A stretch of DNA of 51,986 nt, filler included, from Sphacelaria rigidula (Eukaryota), in assembly GCA_964200075.2 (NCBI GenBank). It is 4 parts of 4 records of this genome, joined end to end, with 100 filler letters (N's around TTAATTAATTAA, not from the genome) between each part and the next. Parts side by side here need not be neighbours in the genome. Positions count along the whole stretch, not along the records: positions 13,024 to 25,945 come from CAXNAA020003301.1; positions 26,046 to 38,966 come from CAXNAA020003302.1; 2 more parts are not named here. One strand, given 5' to 3'. Numbering within the stretch: position 1 is the first letter of the stretch; every line of letters begins with the position of its first letter. Below are positions 24,751-36,924 of this stretch, one piece after another. The notes below the pieces were generated by a model, which was given only the letters and a program-made list of their open reading frames with translations, was not told the origin of the DNA and did no database searches. A program made the translations under genes and the position numbers.

Positions 24751-25423
24751 GAAACGCCTCCAAATCGTTGAAGCGCAGGTGAATTAGGCGTTCCTGTCGT
24801 GTGTTTTGTGTGTGGTGGGTGATGGACACGCTCAAACACACCCATTGCCAGTGACGGCAAGGTTCAACTCACACATCCGCACCCGTGCAACACCTGTCGA
24901 ACTTACAGCACAGTGGCTGGTGGCAACGCTTTTAATGCCTTATGAGAAATATGTTGGAGATTGCTTGAACAGCTGCAGTTCAAATCTGGCACCTAACCCT
25001 AGCCAACACATGGTATCTAAGGGAAAAACTTCAGTAGTGGGCGCCTAGACTGTTCATTTTGTACTTTCTTCGTAATCAGCGATTTCCTTAGCTCTTTCGC
25101 TTGCCACCGCTCATCACATTGGGGATCTGAAGATATTTGTATCCGCTCCACATTCCAAGTAACAATATCACCTGTGCTCAATATTGAGCGACTTATGGGC
25201 TTGCCGGTCATCGGGTGTCCTGTCACTTTTCAGCCCAGATTCTTACTTTTAAGTATTTTCGGTCGACCGAGCCTGTCCCGATCGTATTTTTGAAGAAATG
25301 TACTGGCTTGTTCTTTTGAAATTCCACCTACGTCAACGTTTTCGTGAGATTGAGAGTAGAGCGCTGGGTGAGAGTGGCTTTGATTATTTGCTTTAACTTA
25401 GCCAATTTTTCATCCCGTGTGCA

Positions 25424-25751
25424 GACGCGGCCATTTGGCTACCCACCAAAATGTCTCCGGAGGGATGCGCGGCCCTCCAGAGGCAAGACAAGCCTCCGAA
25501 GGCCTTCAATCTCTCAGGAAGAAACCAAACACTACCGACCTGGAGTGCCGTGCACCTCTCCGGAGGGATTTGGGGGTATGCGCGGCCCTCCAGAGGCAAA
25601 AACAAGCCTCCGGAGGTGTTTGATCCCTCTGGAGGAGAGCAAAAAATCTCCTCTGGAGGGTCGCGCACCCCTCCGGAGGCGTTTAATTCCTCTGGAGGCT
25701 CGAAACGTTTACCCACCTGCAGGAATTTGGGGGTAGCCAAATGGCCGCGTG
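25424..25751. mobile_element. MITE with ~20-bp TIRs and internal cctcc/tggagg palindromic repeats, nested in another MITE
   Basis: acgcggccatttggctaccc ... gggtagccaaatggccgcgt. The same TIR ends another copy at about 40018-40037. The flanks 25335-25423 and 25752-25870 match the reverse complement of the 28110-28412 element. Confidence 0.88.
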
Positions 25752-25945
25752 TATGGGCTTTTCTTAGCCTCTATCTCTGGCGTGTGCTCACAGCTACACG
25801 TCGATATCCTACTCAAGGGTATCGAGGGCTTCAGTGGAAAGGTGCTACAGAAAGCATCCTGGGCCTTGTGGGTGTACTCATGATCATGCATGCCATAGTC
25901 ATCATCAGACCATTGACCTCGCATCCCTACACAGCCGGGACGGAG

Positions 25946-26045
25946 NNNNNNNNNNNNNNNNNNNNNNNNNNNNNNNNNNNNNNNNNNNNTTAATTAATTA
26001 ANNNNNNNNNNNNNNNNNNNNNNNNNNNNNNNNNNNNNNNNNNNN
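25946..26045. other. Artificial 100-bp scaffold linker
   Basis: Seen directly. Confidence 0.99.
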
Positions 26046-27504
26046 CCCGGCTTTGTAGGGATGCGAGGTCAATGGTCTGATGACTATGGCATGCATGATC
26101 ATGAGTACACCCCCCCTCCTGCGCTGTGTTCGTCCCCTTGTTCATCGGTATCACTAAGGGACCAAATTCCATCGAACCTCCAGAGAGCGTGACCCCTTTC
26201 TGCCGCCAGCTTTAAATTTCATTATTTTGACCACCAGGGTGGGTCACCTGGGTCTTGTACTCATTTGTCAAGTGAAAATTATGCCGAAACAACAGATAAC
26301 TCGCCCCGTGGGTGACACGTGCTTCATGCTCTTTCAAACAAAGGATGAGTGCTATAGAGATGGCGTGGCGAACACGGCGGTATCGAGGTACAATGCAGCA
26401 TAGCTGTGCAGTTGTCTGTCGCGGATATAGCGTTAAAATGTGGGTCGGATACGGTAGGTATTTTCAAATTTCAATACGATTTGTATCTGGGATGGTGTGA
26501 AGTGAAAGCTTGGAAATGGAGGGCGCAGGTGGCGTCGGGAGAATTCTGTTAGAATGAACCAGTCAGAATGAACCGTTTTTCCGTCACCGTGCGGTGTTGT
26601 TGGAAGGTAGACACGAGGGCGAGGACAAGCCACAACTTAGACGGTATATATAACTATTGCCGTACTGTATAGTGCAACAGCAACTGTACATGGACGTACT
26701 GTTGTACTGGAGTGCTACAATATTTAAATCTGGACACGCGTGACTGAATGACATGACTGACCCCTGATTACCCAACCCGAGCAAACACGCAGACATTGAA
26801 AGCGAATATGCCTCACCAATATATATATATATATATAATTCTCGAAAGTTCCGCCGCTGAGGCATATATGCATACTATGATAGTCCCTTGAATTTTACCG
26901 TGTTCGTTCACAAAGCGGTAGTTCTGTTACCTTCATGACGTGTACGACCTGTAGACGTGCACTATATATGGATGGGGAAAAGCGAGCATATAGTTTTTTA
27001 GCTTTGAAACGGTGAACAGTTTTATATTTTCCAGGGGTCTACACGTTACGCGTTCACGTTCATGTCACGTTCATCACGTAAAAAATATTTAACCTTCACG
27101 TTACGTTACGTATGTCACGTTGAATAGATTTGAACGTTACGTTAACGTTTCATGTAAACATTAAACGTTACGTTCGCGTTACGTTCATCACGTAAAAAAA
27201 ATAGGGTTACGTTTCGTTACATTTAACGTAATGAAACGTGTCAATGTCACGTGTAACGTCTAATATAACGTTACGTTGACACGTGTAACGTTCGAATGTA
27301 ACGCTTCATTCCGTGTATGTCGCGGCTCATTCACCAGTGTTTGAGACGTTGTAATGTGCGGTTTAATGCCTGATGTTGACGTGGACGTGATGCTGACGGT
27401 GACCCGTCGGCTACTTCTCGTGTATAAAAAAAAATCTCTACAAAGAAACGCGTTTGAAATCCCGCCGCACGCCAACACACCCTCCACCTCACGATAGCAG
27501 CCAT

Positions 27505-28103
27505 GGGTGGCTCGGCTGCTATCACCACTGCTGTCGCTGGTGCTCGCGGGTAGTCAACGTGTTGCTTCATTGTCCTTCACTCGCCAGTATCATGGTAGCT
27601 CTTCACCCCATGAGAACAGGACAGGGTAGGGTCGATGACAAGTGCTGTACGAACACCCTGTGTATAGTTTGCAGAGGCAGTATTGTAGCTCGCATTCCAG
27701 GTCTGTGCATGCAGCGTGATGCGAACAGCACTCGCGATGCAGTACAGACTGCCCACGCACCCAAGACTTGTAGAGACAGGACCGCACTGACCGTACACAC
27801 AAGCCCAGTATGAGCAGTAGTGCTACTGCTGTAGTATCTACAGGGCTTGGGAACCTGGGCAGTCTGTAATGTATTCGAGTGCTGGTTGCAACACGCTGCA
27901 TGCTAACATGAAATGCGCTACATTGCTGCGCAACCAACCTACAGAGTGTTTGACAGCACTCGTCATGGACCCTGTCCTGTTTTGTTCTCATGAGGGTAAG
28001 GGGTGAGGGCCATCACGCTACTGGCGAGAGAACGACAAAAAAGCAAAACGCTGACTGCCCGCGAGCACTAGCGACAGCAGTGATGATGGCAGCTAAGCCA
28101 TCA
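27505..28103. repeat. ~600-bp degenerate palindrome (foldback) inside the hAT element
   Basis: cactgctgtcgctggtgctcgcggg pairs with cccgcgagcactagcgacagcagtg; catgagaaca with tgttctcatg; tacagactgccca with tgggcagtctgta. Confidence 0.85.
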
Positions 28104-28109
28104 CTACAA

Positions 28110-28412
28110 ACAAGGTTTTCGTGGGATTGAGAGTAGAGGATACCATTGAGAGTGAAAAGTGGTCAATAAGTGAATCACCCATTTCAGTTCCGAAATGCCC
28201 CTCCACGAAGGCCAATATGCTTCCTGTAGTAGCTTGCCAATGAGGCCCTTGATATCCTTGAGTAGGATATTGACGTGTAGCTTTAAGGACACGTCAGTGA
28301 TGGAGGGGATCAAAAGTAAGTGCACACGGAATGAATAATTGGCCGCGTTGAAGCGAATGAATAAAGCCACTCCCAATCAGCCCTCTACTCTCAATCTCAC
28401 GAAAAAGTTTAC
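28110..28412. mobile_element. MITE (~300 bp) inside the hAT element
   Basis: TIR ttttcgtgggattgagagtagagg ... cctctactctcaatctcacgaaaa. A second, interrupted copy lies at 25335-25870. Confidence 0.82.
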
Positions 28413-29368
28413 AGCCAACGCATACAACACAGTACTGTTGTGTGTACTCCTGTCCGTGCTTTCCTTCCAGCCAAGTACAACTGTGCAGTGAAAAGCACAA
28501 CCGTCACTTCTACCGTCAGTTATTGGCAGAGCAAGGCGATGTTCGTACTGATCGTCTTCCGTTACGCAGCCCACCATGTATTGCTCAGGCGATGTATCAC
28601 AACAGCAGTACAGACAGTCAGTACAGACCGTACACCACGACACGACAGCAGAGTGCTGCGTCTATCTCGCGCGCCCCAGAATTTGAAATTATGCCTGCAC
28701 ACCTCATAGAAAACAATGAGCACTGCGTTTCCAGTTTTGACAGCGCGTCGATTACGTGAGGAAGGCTACTTTGAAAAATCATGTGTAAAATCGCGCTGTT
28801 GAGAAACGGCTTTTCTGACAACGTGTTTTTTCACATGAGACGTAACCTTGAATGTGGTCGAGATGATCATGATGCTATGACTGTGACGTGTGGTAGGGGG
28901 AGCGCGAAAATTTTGCAATAGTACCATAACTATACCATGGTCACACAAACTCACTCGTGTTAATTGCAGCACCATCTTCCAGGATTTTTTAATTCATTGC
29001 AAACTTGAAGTTTCACCACTGTATGTGACGTGTTCATGACGTTTCATGTCACGGGTCACGTGACATTTAACGTTACTTGTAACGTGTACCGTTTAATGCA
29101 CGTGTAACGTGTAATAGACGTTACACGTTACACGAAACGTTTCATATTACGTGATTTGAACGTTTGGGCAATTAAACGCTCACGTCACGTTACGTATGTC
29201 ACGGGAAAAAAGTTGACGTTACGTTAACTTTTCTCTTTTGAAATTTTAGCGTTACGTTCACGTTATGTTGATCACGTAAAAAAAATTAAGGTTCACGTCA
29301 CGTTTCGGCCAAAACGTAACGTGTAACGCTGTGGCACGTGTAACGTGTAGACCCCTGATATTTTCCAG

Positions 29369-29421
29369 GTCGCAGTGGGTAGTCATCGAAACGAAAGGAA
29401 GTCGGCCACCGAATGAGGAGT
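29369..29421 (+). CDS. Candidate exon SQWVVIETKGSRPPNEE
   Basis: ttttccag| acceptor, |gtgagc donor, phase 2-1. Confidence 0.45.
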
Positions 29422-31114
29422 GTGAGCGATGAGAGAGAGTACAACATCATGTTACTGTCCAATTGTACTACTGCACTGTACTAAGGGTTGGTTGTGGTGG
29501 ATCCTATTGAGAGGGCAAAAATGTGACCCACGTCATCATGGTTGGGGTGCCCTGTACTTTGTGCATCCGGTGCTCCCGCGAGCCACATGTCCATCTCCAC
29601 AGTTCCTCCGCTCAGGGGTATGTGTGGAGAAAAAACGGTAAACGACCTGATGTGTTCGTACATCGCTCAGATGCAACAGTTAACATAACACTCTGCATGG
29701 CTGAGGAACAGGTATATATATATATGACGGCTGCTTCCAGGGCACGGGCTTGCCCTACTCCCAGGTGAACGGGGGGTTTGCTCTTTCTGCTTTACCCCTA
29801 GAGAGAATCGTGGGCGTGGGTGTCGTACTGTGTCTTGTACCGTGTTGGGCTCTACGAATGAACATCCTTCTTGCGCAGGTCACGAAAAGTCTGCGGTCTC
29901 GTTCTTTGGTGAGTCCTCACACATGAACAGAAGTTTTCACACATGAACAGCTTGCGTACAACAGTACAGTACAGTAGTAACGAAGTGATCCTATTTTTCG
30001 CATGGCACGGGTTTGTTTTCCCTGCTCTACCCCCCGTTGCCCCTCTACCCAACAGAGAATCCCAGAAGAGAGGCGTGGGGGTGGGTATTTTACCGTGTGG
30101 CGATGAAATGGTCGTGCACTATTGTACAGTGTATAGAACGGCTGCACTGACTCTCTGTCCGCTTTTTCGGAGAAACGTGCCAACTCTCCTTTTTCCGCGC
30201 TCTCGCAGTAGTACCGTGACGCTGCTCTGGGCGATCCCGCAAGGGATGTCAGCAAGCTGGTTAAGTTCGCTTTGCATGCAGCGATTACCCTTCCTGTGCT
30301 GTAGTTTTGACTTGTTCATGGATCAGGAGGCGGGGAGGGGCTGGTAGGTGGCAAGAACATGTGAAAATGTCGTACGGGGGCGAGGATGAGCCATGAGCCA
30401 TGGTGTGTCTATCACACTGTTCATACCGCAGTCTCACTACCGTACATGAGAAACTACTGAACTGACTCTCTGCCGCTCCCTCGGGGGGAAGCTTCAACTC
30501 TCCTCTGGAAAGGATGTCAGCAAGCTGGTTAAGTCGCTTTGTATGCGGCAATTTATTACCGTTCTTGTGCTACAGTTTTTTGTCATACAGATAGTAGAGA
30601 TACTGTACACGCTCTCGTCCTTCAGTGCTTTCGCCATACCACTGATCATCCGATCCCGTGGAAGGAGCTAATATACTGTACATACTGTACTATATAGTAT
30701 AGTACTACTCTTGTACAGTACATTCGATGAAGAAAACCTCTGCCGTTCACATGGGGCAATCCTTCCTCTCTCAGTAAAGCACTGGATTGCTGTGCACGGG
30801 TCCAGTACGTCGGTTCGGTGCTGTGCAGACAACGGGGTTTTCAAATATCATGGGGATCCAAAAAACTCGGCCGTTCGCCGCGTAATATCGTTCGGCGTGG
30901 TTCTGAAGGCCGACAGAGAAGAGAGACAATTTTCTCCTCTTCAGTCCGAGTCTGGTACAAAGTATTGTTCCGATAAGGATCATTTGTGACTTGGTTACAG
31001 CATGGGTAATCCGGACACCCTCGTACTCGTTTGCAGTGTGGGAGCTGGCGACATTACGCTATTACTATATAGTATAATAATAATTATAATGTTTATAATA
31101 ATTGTTATAATTAT

Positions 31115-31165
<51 letters not shown>

Positions 31166-34100
31166 TATAAATGATAATAATTATTATAATTATAATAACA
31201 ATAGTTGTGCTGTGCTGTGTTGCTGCTGCTGCTGCTGCTGCTGCTTCTGCTTGCCTACGTGGATGATCAAAAATGTGGATGGACATGTAGATGGACAAGC
31301 ACACGAGCAAAAAGCGTCCTCCCCCGAGATGAAAGCGACGACATCATTGGATTCTGACTGTCACGGCCAACAACCGCCATCGGCGCAGAGCCTCAATCTG
31401 ACTCGCTGCTACTCGGGCCCCGAGGCTGATCCGGGTCAAGGCCGATGGCGGAAATGTAAGGGTGGGATAAAGGCCTCTCCCGTGAAATTTCACCCTGATC
31501 CTGAGTTCCAGTTTCTGTACAGGTGAGCAGGAAAAGTGGAGGAGACGTTTTCACTCATTTCAAAAATATTTTTATATTTCTTAGTATGTAGGTTCTATTT
31601 TTCGTTCTGAGTTTGGTTTTGTCTAGGTTCTGGTTGGGTTACTCGGCTGTTTTGTCTGTTCGTTCGTTCGTTCGTTCGTTCGTTCGTTTGTTTGTTTGTT
31701 GTGTTCGTCATGTTCGTTCGTTCGTGTTCGTCATGTTCGTTCGTTCGTCGCGGTTTGGACATTGAATCATGATCCGGTGTTGAGCCCTCTGATCGCGACC
31801 GACGGTCATCTGTTGAAGCAGCATCAGTTTTGGTTGAAAAATGCATGCAAAGCCACTTGAGCCACCCTCGCGGTCGAGGAGTTTACTTTGGTGTCCTTTA
31901 TTCGAACCGCGCATCTTTTTGTTTCTATCCGTCTGTTTTCGTGCGTTTCCGTTTTCATGTGCGTCACCTGTGTTGTCATCGCCGTGCTCGCGGTCTAGAA
32001 ATGGTCATATTCTGAAAAAATGCACTGCGTACAGCAGGGAAAAGTGCAGTAAGTTAAATGCTCAGAAACATACTGCGTACAGTACGGAATATATTGTTCA
32101 TTTCAACAGACGCGATAGTCGATACTGTACGCAGTACACTTTTTGGCAGTATTATATCGTCATTATCCAGAGTGTGAACTGATCATGTTTCCGGTAGGAT
32201 ATGGACATGTACACCTACCTCGTTTCATGAGCTGCAGTGGTGACCATAGATGAGTCACTACCACAAACTGTGTTCAGGATGTGTGAGAACATCCTTGCAC
32301 GAACCCCAGGCCGCATTGGTGATATCTTTTTCTCATTTGCCACACGCGGTGGAAGTCGTGTGGAGGGGGTGATGGTGAAATAACTAAGATGGACCGGCAA
32401 CAACACCATCACCCCATTCAAAATTTTCTCAATGTCTCGCTCTAGAATTGATTTCTTCTTACCCTCGCGATTCTTCACTCTCTTCCGAAACATAAGCCCC
32501 GTTTGGAAAAACCGAAATATAAGCCCCATATACACGTTGACGTGTATACGACTCCCCAGCTATTTTAGAGCCATGGAACTACTTGCATACACTATCGCAA
32601 GGATGGGGGAGGAAAAAAATGTTCAGGGTGACCAGGGGACACCAGGAATCCATCCCCGGGTCTTCACTGCATCAGGTGATGAAATGGTGCTGGTAAGTCC
32701 GGTGTTCCAGGTGATGTAGTACCTTCAATACCTTTCCCTGGACGATGAAACTGCATGAGAATGCGGTAGGAACAGTTTGGGGATGGAAAACAGCAATTCC
32801 TGGGGTGACCAGGGGATGCGCGAATATCATCCCCGGGTTTCCAATTCAGAATATCCGGGGATGATATTACTCTGGTGTAGTCGCCCTTCCGCAGAATGCC
32901 GTTGTTGCTGCCTTTGAGAAGCTCGGCAATCACAGCGACTCGCTCGTCACCGTTGAGATTTCTTCTCTTGGGTGTCTCGGCAACCCTTTCATCGCTAGAC
33001 ATGCTCCTTTACACTACCGGATGATCTCTTTTAACCACTTTGGAAGAAGCGAGCTCTGTGTAGTGCTTCTTGAGGGAGGGTGTGTGTGGGCAGGGCTGTC
33101 AATTTTTGAAAAAAAAAAAAAGCGGTTGTTTTTTCAGGCGGGAGCGGCGCAAATACGATGCAAAAAAACGGTTAAAAAAAAATTGCTTTCCATTCGAAAG
33201 TTATGCCTCAAAATCCCCAAACGGGGCTCATGTTTTAGAACAGAATGGTACCAATTTTCAAAGCAAAGCTCTCATAACCGGGCTGCTAAGTCCAGATTTA
33301 GTGCACTTAGTGCCTCTCCTTGAAAAATCTCAATTATGGCATGGAGTGTTAAGAACGCCATGTCTCTCGATCGTTCCCCGTGCCTGAAGGAATGTTCAAA
33401 CCAATAACCAGCGTCATCCGCTGATGAGGTTGGGACGAAGTTTCGTATAGACTTGACGATCGAGGTATTTCCGTACACCACGACATTTACTCGACATGGC
33501 GTTTCATCAACGATAGAGCGCCTGACCGGGCTGTTGAGTTGACGAGCATCTACCCCCCCGAGCAGACAATTAGCAAGATGTGGGGATTAGGGCCCCCAAT
33601 TCTTCTGCGTCAATGAGATATGGCTGTGGTTGTTTGAATCCGTGTATTAAGGCTGGCCCAGCTCGTAGCTCCACCCACTTGTTTTCATGTTGCCGGCAGA
33701 GCTTGTTGACAGCGGCCCCAGGCCCCCTCAGTGGTCATGTGCAGGTGGACTACATCACACAGTGCTCTCTTGATGAGTTGGTTTTGACGGCCTACACTGG
33801 CCTGCGGTCGCGCTGCTATTTCTGTCGTGGGGATGCTGAGGGAGATGAAGAGCCGCACAACTGTTTTTTTGCATGTTTGGGTGTCAGAACAGTCGAATAA
33901 AAAAGTTAACGCAACAGGTCGCTACAAATACGGAAGATAACACCCGGGGGTGCCAGTTTTCTACTGAATACTTTCCACACCCTGGACAATATGCGTGTGA
34001 TAGTTGCAACGGAAAAAATTGAACTTCGTAAAACATAGATATATTGCAACTATAATCGTCGGTACGATGTGCGGTGAATAGTTGCAATATAGGCCTATTG

Positions 34101-35947
34101 CAACTATTGTTGGACGGTCCGACAACGGTGGCAATAGGCCTATACTTCACGCAGTACAATTTTTTGTACCAAAACCATCGACCACACAGTCTCTCCAACG
34201 ATTTTATATTTTCACACTCTTCTTTGCTCGTATATCGTCTGCAATTCGTAGTCGCGTCGTCTGCGCATCTACGCCAGCGCAGTTTTTTTTTGCCTGAGAT
34301 GCGGGGCAGCGCAGATTATGGGGAGGGCTATCGATGTACAGCTTGACGCATATGAAAAAAGTAGGTAGCACATTTTTCGCCTGAGGCAAGAATATATCCG
34401 TGAGGGTATTTTCGCCGGTAGGCAAGAACAAAAAGTTTTTTTTTTTCGCGCTTCTTGTTGTAGCGTAACGTGGAAATCCCATATTAGTGACCACCGTCTG
34501 CCCCCACGCAGGAGGGCAGCCCTATGCGTCTGGTATCCCTCGGGGGGACGTGGGTCACAGATCGCCTCCGGCTCTTGTCTGTACTGGCTCAAACGGATCC
34601 TCCGCGATTTGTTCTTAACCCTGGCGGTAATGATCACTGACAGACGGGGCACGGGCCCGCCGGATGATGTAACAAATGGGGGGACCCGTTTGGTACAAGG
34701 CGTGAGACAGAACAAGATAGATTTTATGCATATGCCACACGGACGCTTATGGTGAGACAAATGCGTAGACCGCTTTTTGGGCATACGAATTTGACCCAAA
34801 TCCAAAATCTTGAATTTTCGTACACACCCGCCACAAATGTACGGTGTCACCGTTGACAGTAGATATGACATTTCAGCACGATCCCTCATGATATACGCTT
34901 CCTACCTGTACCTTGGCTGTGCATGTTCGGCGACCACAGCTACGGCTTCTACACCATAGTATGTAGAAGCGGTTTGAAAGAAGCGGACGTTTGTTTTTCC
35001 GTTGACGCCTGGTTGGAACGTTCCCCGTCACGAAAATAAAATGCCGTGGTTTTATAGGCTCTGTTCCACAACAGCAATTGCTTGTATCGTCATCGTCCTT
35101 TTTTTTACCCAGGCTGCACCCAGATAACCTTTCGGCCCGTTGGTTTATGTGGCTGACTGATGTGAATAATTTCGGCTTGAGTTGACGTGTTTGATGCGCG
35201 CTTTGTGGTGTGTGCTGCGTGATTTGTAATGTGTGATCTCTGATGCTTGATCCGTGATTTGTAATGTGTGATCTCTGATGCTTGATCTGTGATTTGTGAT
35301 GTGTGAGATGTGAAACGTGACATGTGATGTGATGAGATGTGATGTGATGTGTAATATGTGATATGTGATGCAATGTGTTGCGTGTGATTTTTGATTTTGT
35401 GATTTATGTTGATTCGATGCAATAGCTTGATCTGTGGGTTGATCGCTCCTTTCCTTGAACGTAACTCATTCTTTCAGTCAAAAGTCTGGTGTACGATTCG
35501 TTGATGCATTTTTTTTGTCTACGTTTTTTTTTTTTCCGTCTAGCACAAGAAGCACATCAAATATGCTATGTTGCAGTATACAGCGTCGATTGCCGATAAA
35601 GTGCGGTGCTATCGGGACTCATGGAGCAAGACCAAAACAAAATGTGGAAACAAAACAAACAAGCTCAATACGCACACGACTAATTATTTCTCCCCGCCAG
35701 CTAGTTTCGACTTTTCCTTGCTACGACCAACGCCGCGCCTTCCCCACCCACCCCCCCTCCCAAAAAAATGAACACAAAAATAACGCCTCTGAACACAGCT
35801 GCGATATGGCGTGGATCAGAACACACAAAAAACCACCCGGCCCCCGGCCATACTGGCAATGGGAGCCAGAGGATTGCTTCCTGACCTCCGTGGACGCTGA
35901 GAAATTTTGCGAAGTGACGGAGGGCCGCAAAGGGATACTTTTAGTGG
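29369..35947 (+). CDS. PC-esterase / trichome-birefringence-like (GDSL/SGNH-like) acyltransferase, spliced, partial
   Basis: Phase-consistent join of 29369-29421, 30775-30954, 31291-31522 and 35799-35947. The last two give C..GRWRKC...YSCD...YWQWEPEDCFLTSVDAEKFCEVTEGRKGILLVG, matching the PMR5N/PC-esterase pattern that precedes the GDS motif. The GDS-containing exon was not found. Confidence 0.68.
30775..30954 (+). CDS. Candidate exon KHWIAVHGSSTSVRCCADNGVFKY...
   Basis: cctctctcag| acceptor, |gtacaa donor, 180 bp, phase 1-1. Confidence 0.5.
31074..31243. repeat. (TAA)n plus (TGC)n microsatellites
   Basis: Seen directly; source of the spurious poly-I/poly-C ORFs. Confidence 0.97.
31291..31522 (+). 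CDS. Exon of PC-esterase-like gene (...CYSGPEADPGQGRWRKC...FQFLY)
   Basis: ag|gtgagc donor in phase 2; the acceptor is the first AG after the (TGC)n tract. Confidence 0.7.
31655..31748. repeat. (TTCG)n microsatellite
   Basis: Seen directly. Confidence 0.9.
32868..33002 (-). mobile_element. Tc1/mariner transposase N-terminal fragment, truncated by a catcccc/ggggatg repeat element (~32600-32867)
   Basis: MSSDERVAETPKRRNLNGDERVAVIAELLKGSNNGILRKG resembles the N-terminal HTH region of plant/stramenopile mariner-like transposases (by recognition, not by search). Confidence 0.6.
33935..34210 (+). repeat. Interspersed repeat (cacaccc.tgacaa...aggcctattgcaac)
   Basis: Related copies at about 45133-45330 and 49158-49250. 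Confidence 0.7.
35205..35420. repeat. (TGTGA)n-like low-complexity repeat
   Basis: Seen directly. Confidence 0.9.
35799..35947 (+). CDS. Exon of PC-esterase-like gene (WQWEPEDC...FC...GRKGILLVG)
   Basis: cacag| acceptor, g|gtgagc donor, phase 2-1; carries the family motif. Confidence 0.8.
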
Positions 35948-36924
35948 GTGAGCCGCGGTCTGTCTATTTTCATCCGTCGTTTTTTTTTTGCGCAGGCACA
36001 TCTTGATTTATTGATTAAGTGATTGCTTGGTCGTCGCACTGTGGTTGATATCGCAGGAATAGAGCTCTGGTCACACGGTAGATATACCCGGGACAGGAAC
36101 GAAAGCTGAAGCACCCGTTCGCTGAAGAAAAAAGTGAAGAACAAGCAGAAAACGGTAGAACAGACGAAACAGAGGGGACTACTCGAGAGGAAAAAGATAA
36201 GTATATGTATTTGAAACACAAAAGACAGAAGGTGGAAGACAAGACAGGTGTATTTTTGTAAGACACGCACAATGCTATTCGGTTACAGTCTAACATCCAC
36301 AGAATCAGAAAATGTTTGCACAATATATACGTGATACTCACATGTTCCGGGGGAGAAATCAGGGTGATGCCTTGAAACGAGGGAGTCGTGTCCAGGAAAG
36401 AGGGGGAGTTGAAAGACGACGGATAAAAAAAAAAGCAAAGATGTATAGGGCCATGTTTTCCTCGCTGTTAGCAAAACAACGTCGCGACTTGATCGTCTAT
36501 GTATCTTGGTCAAATCGCGGTCCTCGTCGATTAAACAGTCTTTTTCTCCACCACTTTTGATTCTAGCATTTTATTCGCCTTTCGTACGCCCGCATTTACC
36601 TGTCGTGATGCTCCAGCGCGTGCATATGTACATTTCTGCTCTTTTCTTTCCCCCTAATCTCTCCCCCTCTCTCTCTCTTTTCTTTTTTTCGTTCGCGACT
36701 GGAGATGCACTAGCGATACCTTCATCATAAAATGCCAGAGCTCGCTTCCCGCTCTTTGCTCTCTTCAAGAAGTACTTGTTTATCGTTATCGGCCACTCTT
36801 TCGAAAGCTGATTTTGTTGCTTGTCTCGCGAGTTTCCGTCTGAATGTATATCAGTGTCGAACGGTCGCAGTGTTTGGATCGTTGTACCGAATTTGTCCGC
36901 ACTCATTATATCACTGGGATATTT

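Larger units (their letters stand above)
27032..29357. mobile_element. Complete non-autonomous hAT element (2,326 bp) with 8-bp TSD
   Basis: TIR caggggtctacacgttac ... gtaacgtgtagacccctg; TSD atattttc at 27024-27031 and 29358-29365; about 300 bp of acgt/cgttac subterminal repeats at each end; no transposase ORF recognised. Confidence 0.93.

Noticed and set aside
25871-26110. Inverted repeat spanning the second linker
   Set aside because: Two unrelated scaffolds end in the same dispersed repeat (third copy at about 50369-50394), so this is not a genomic hairpin.
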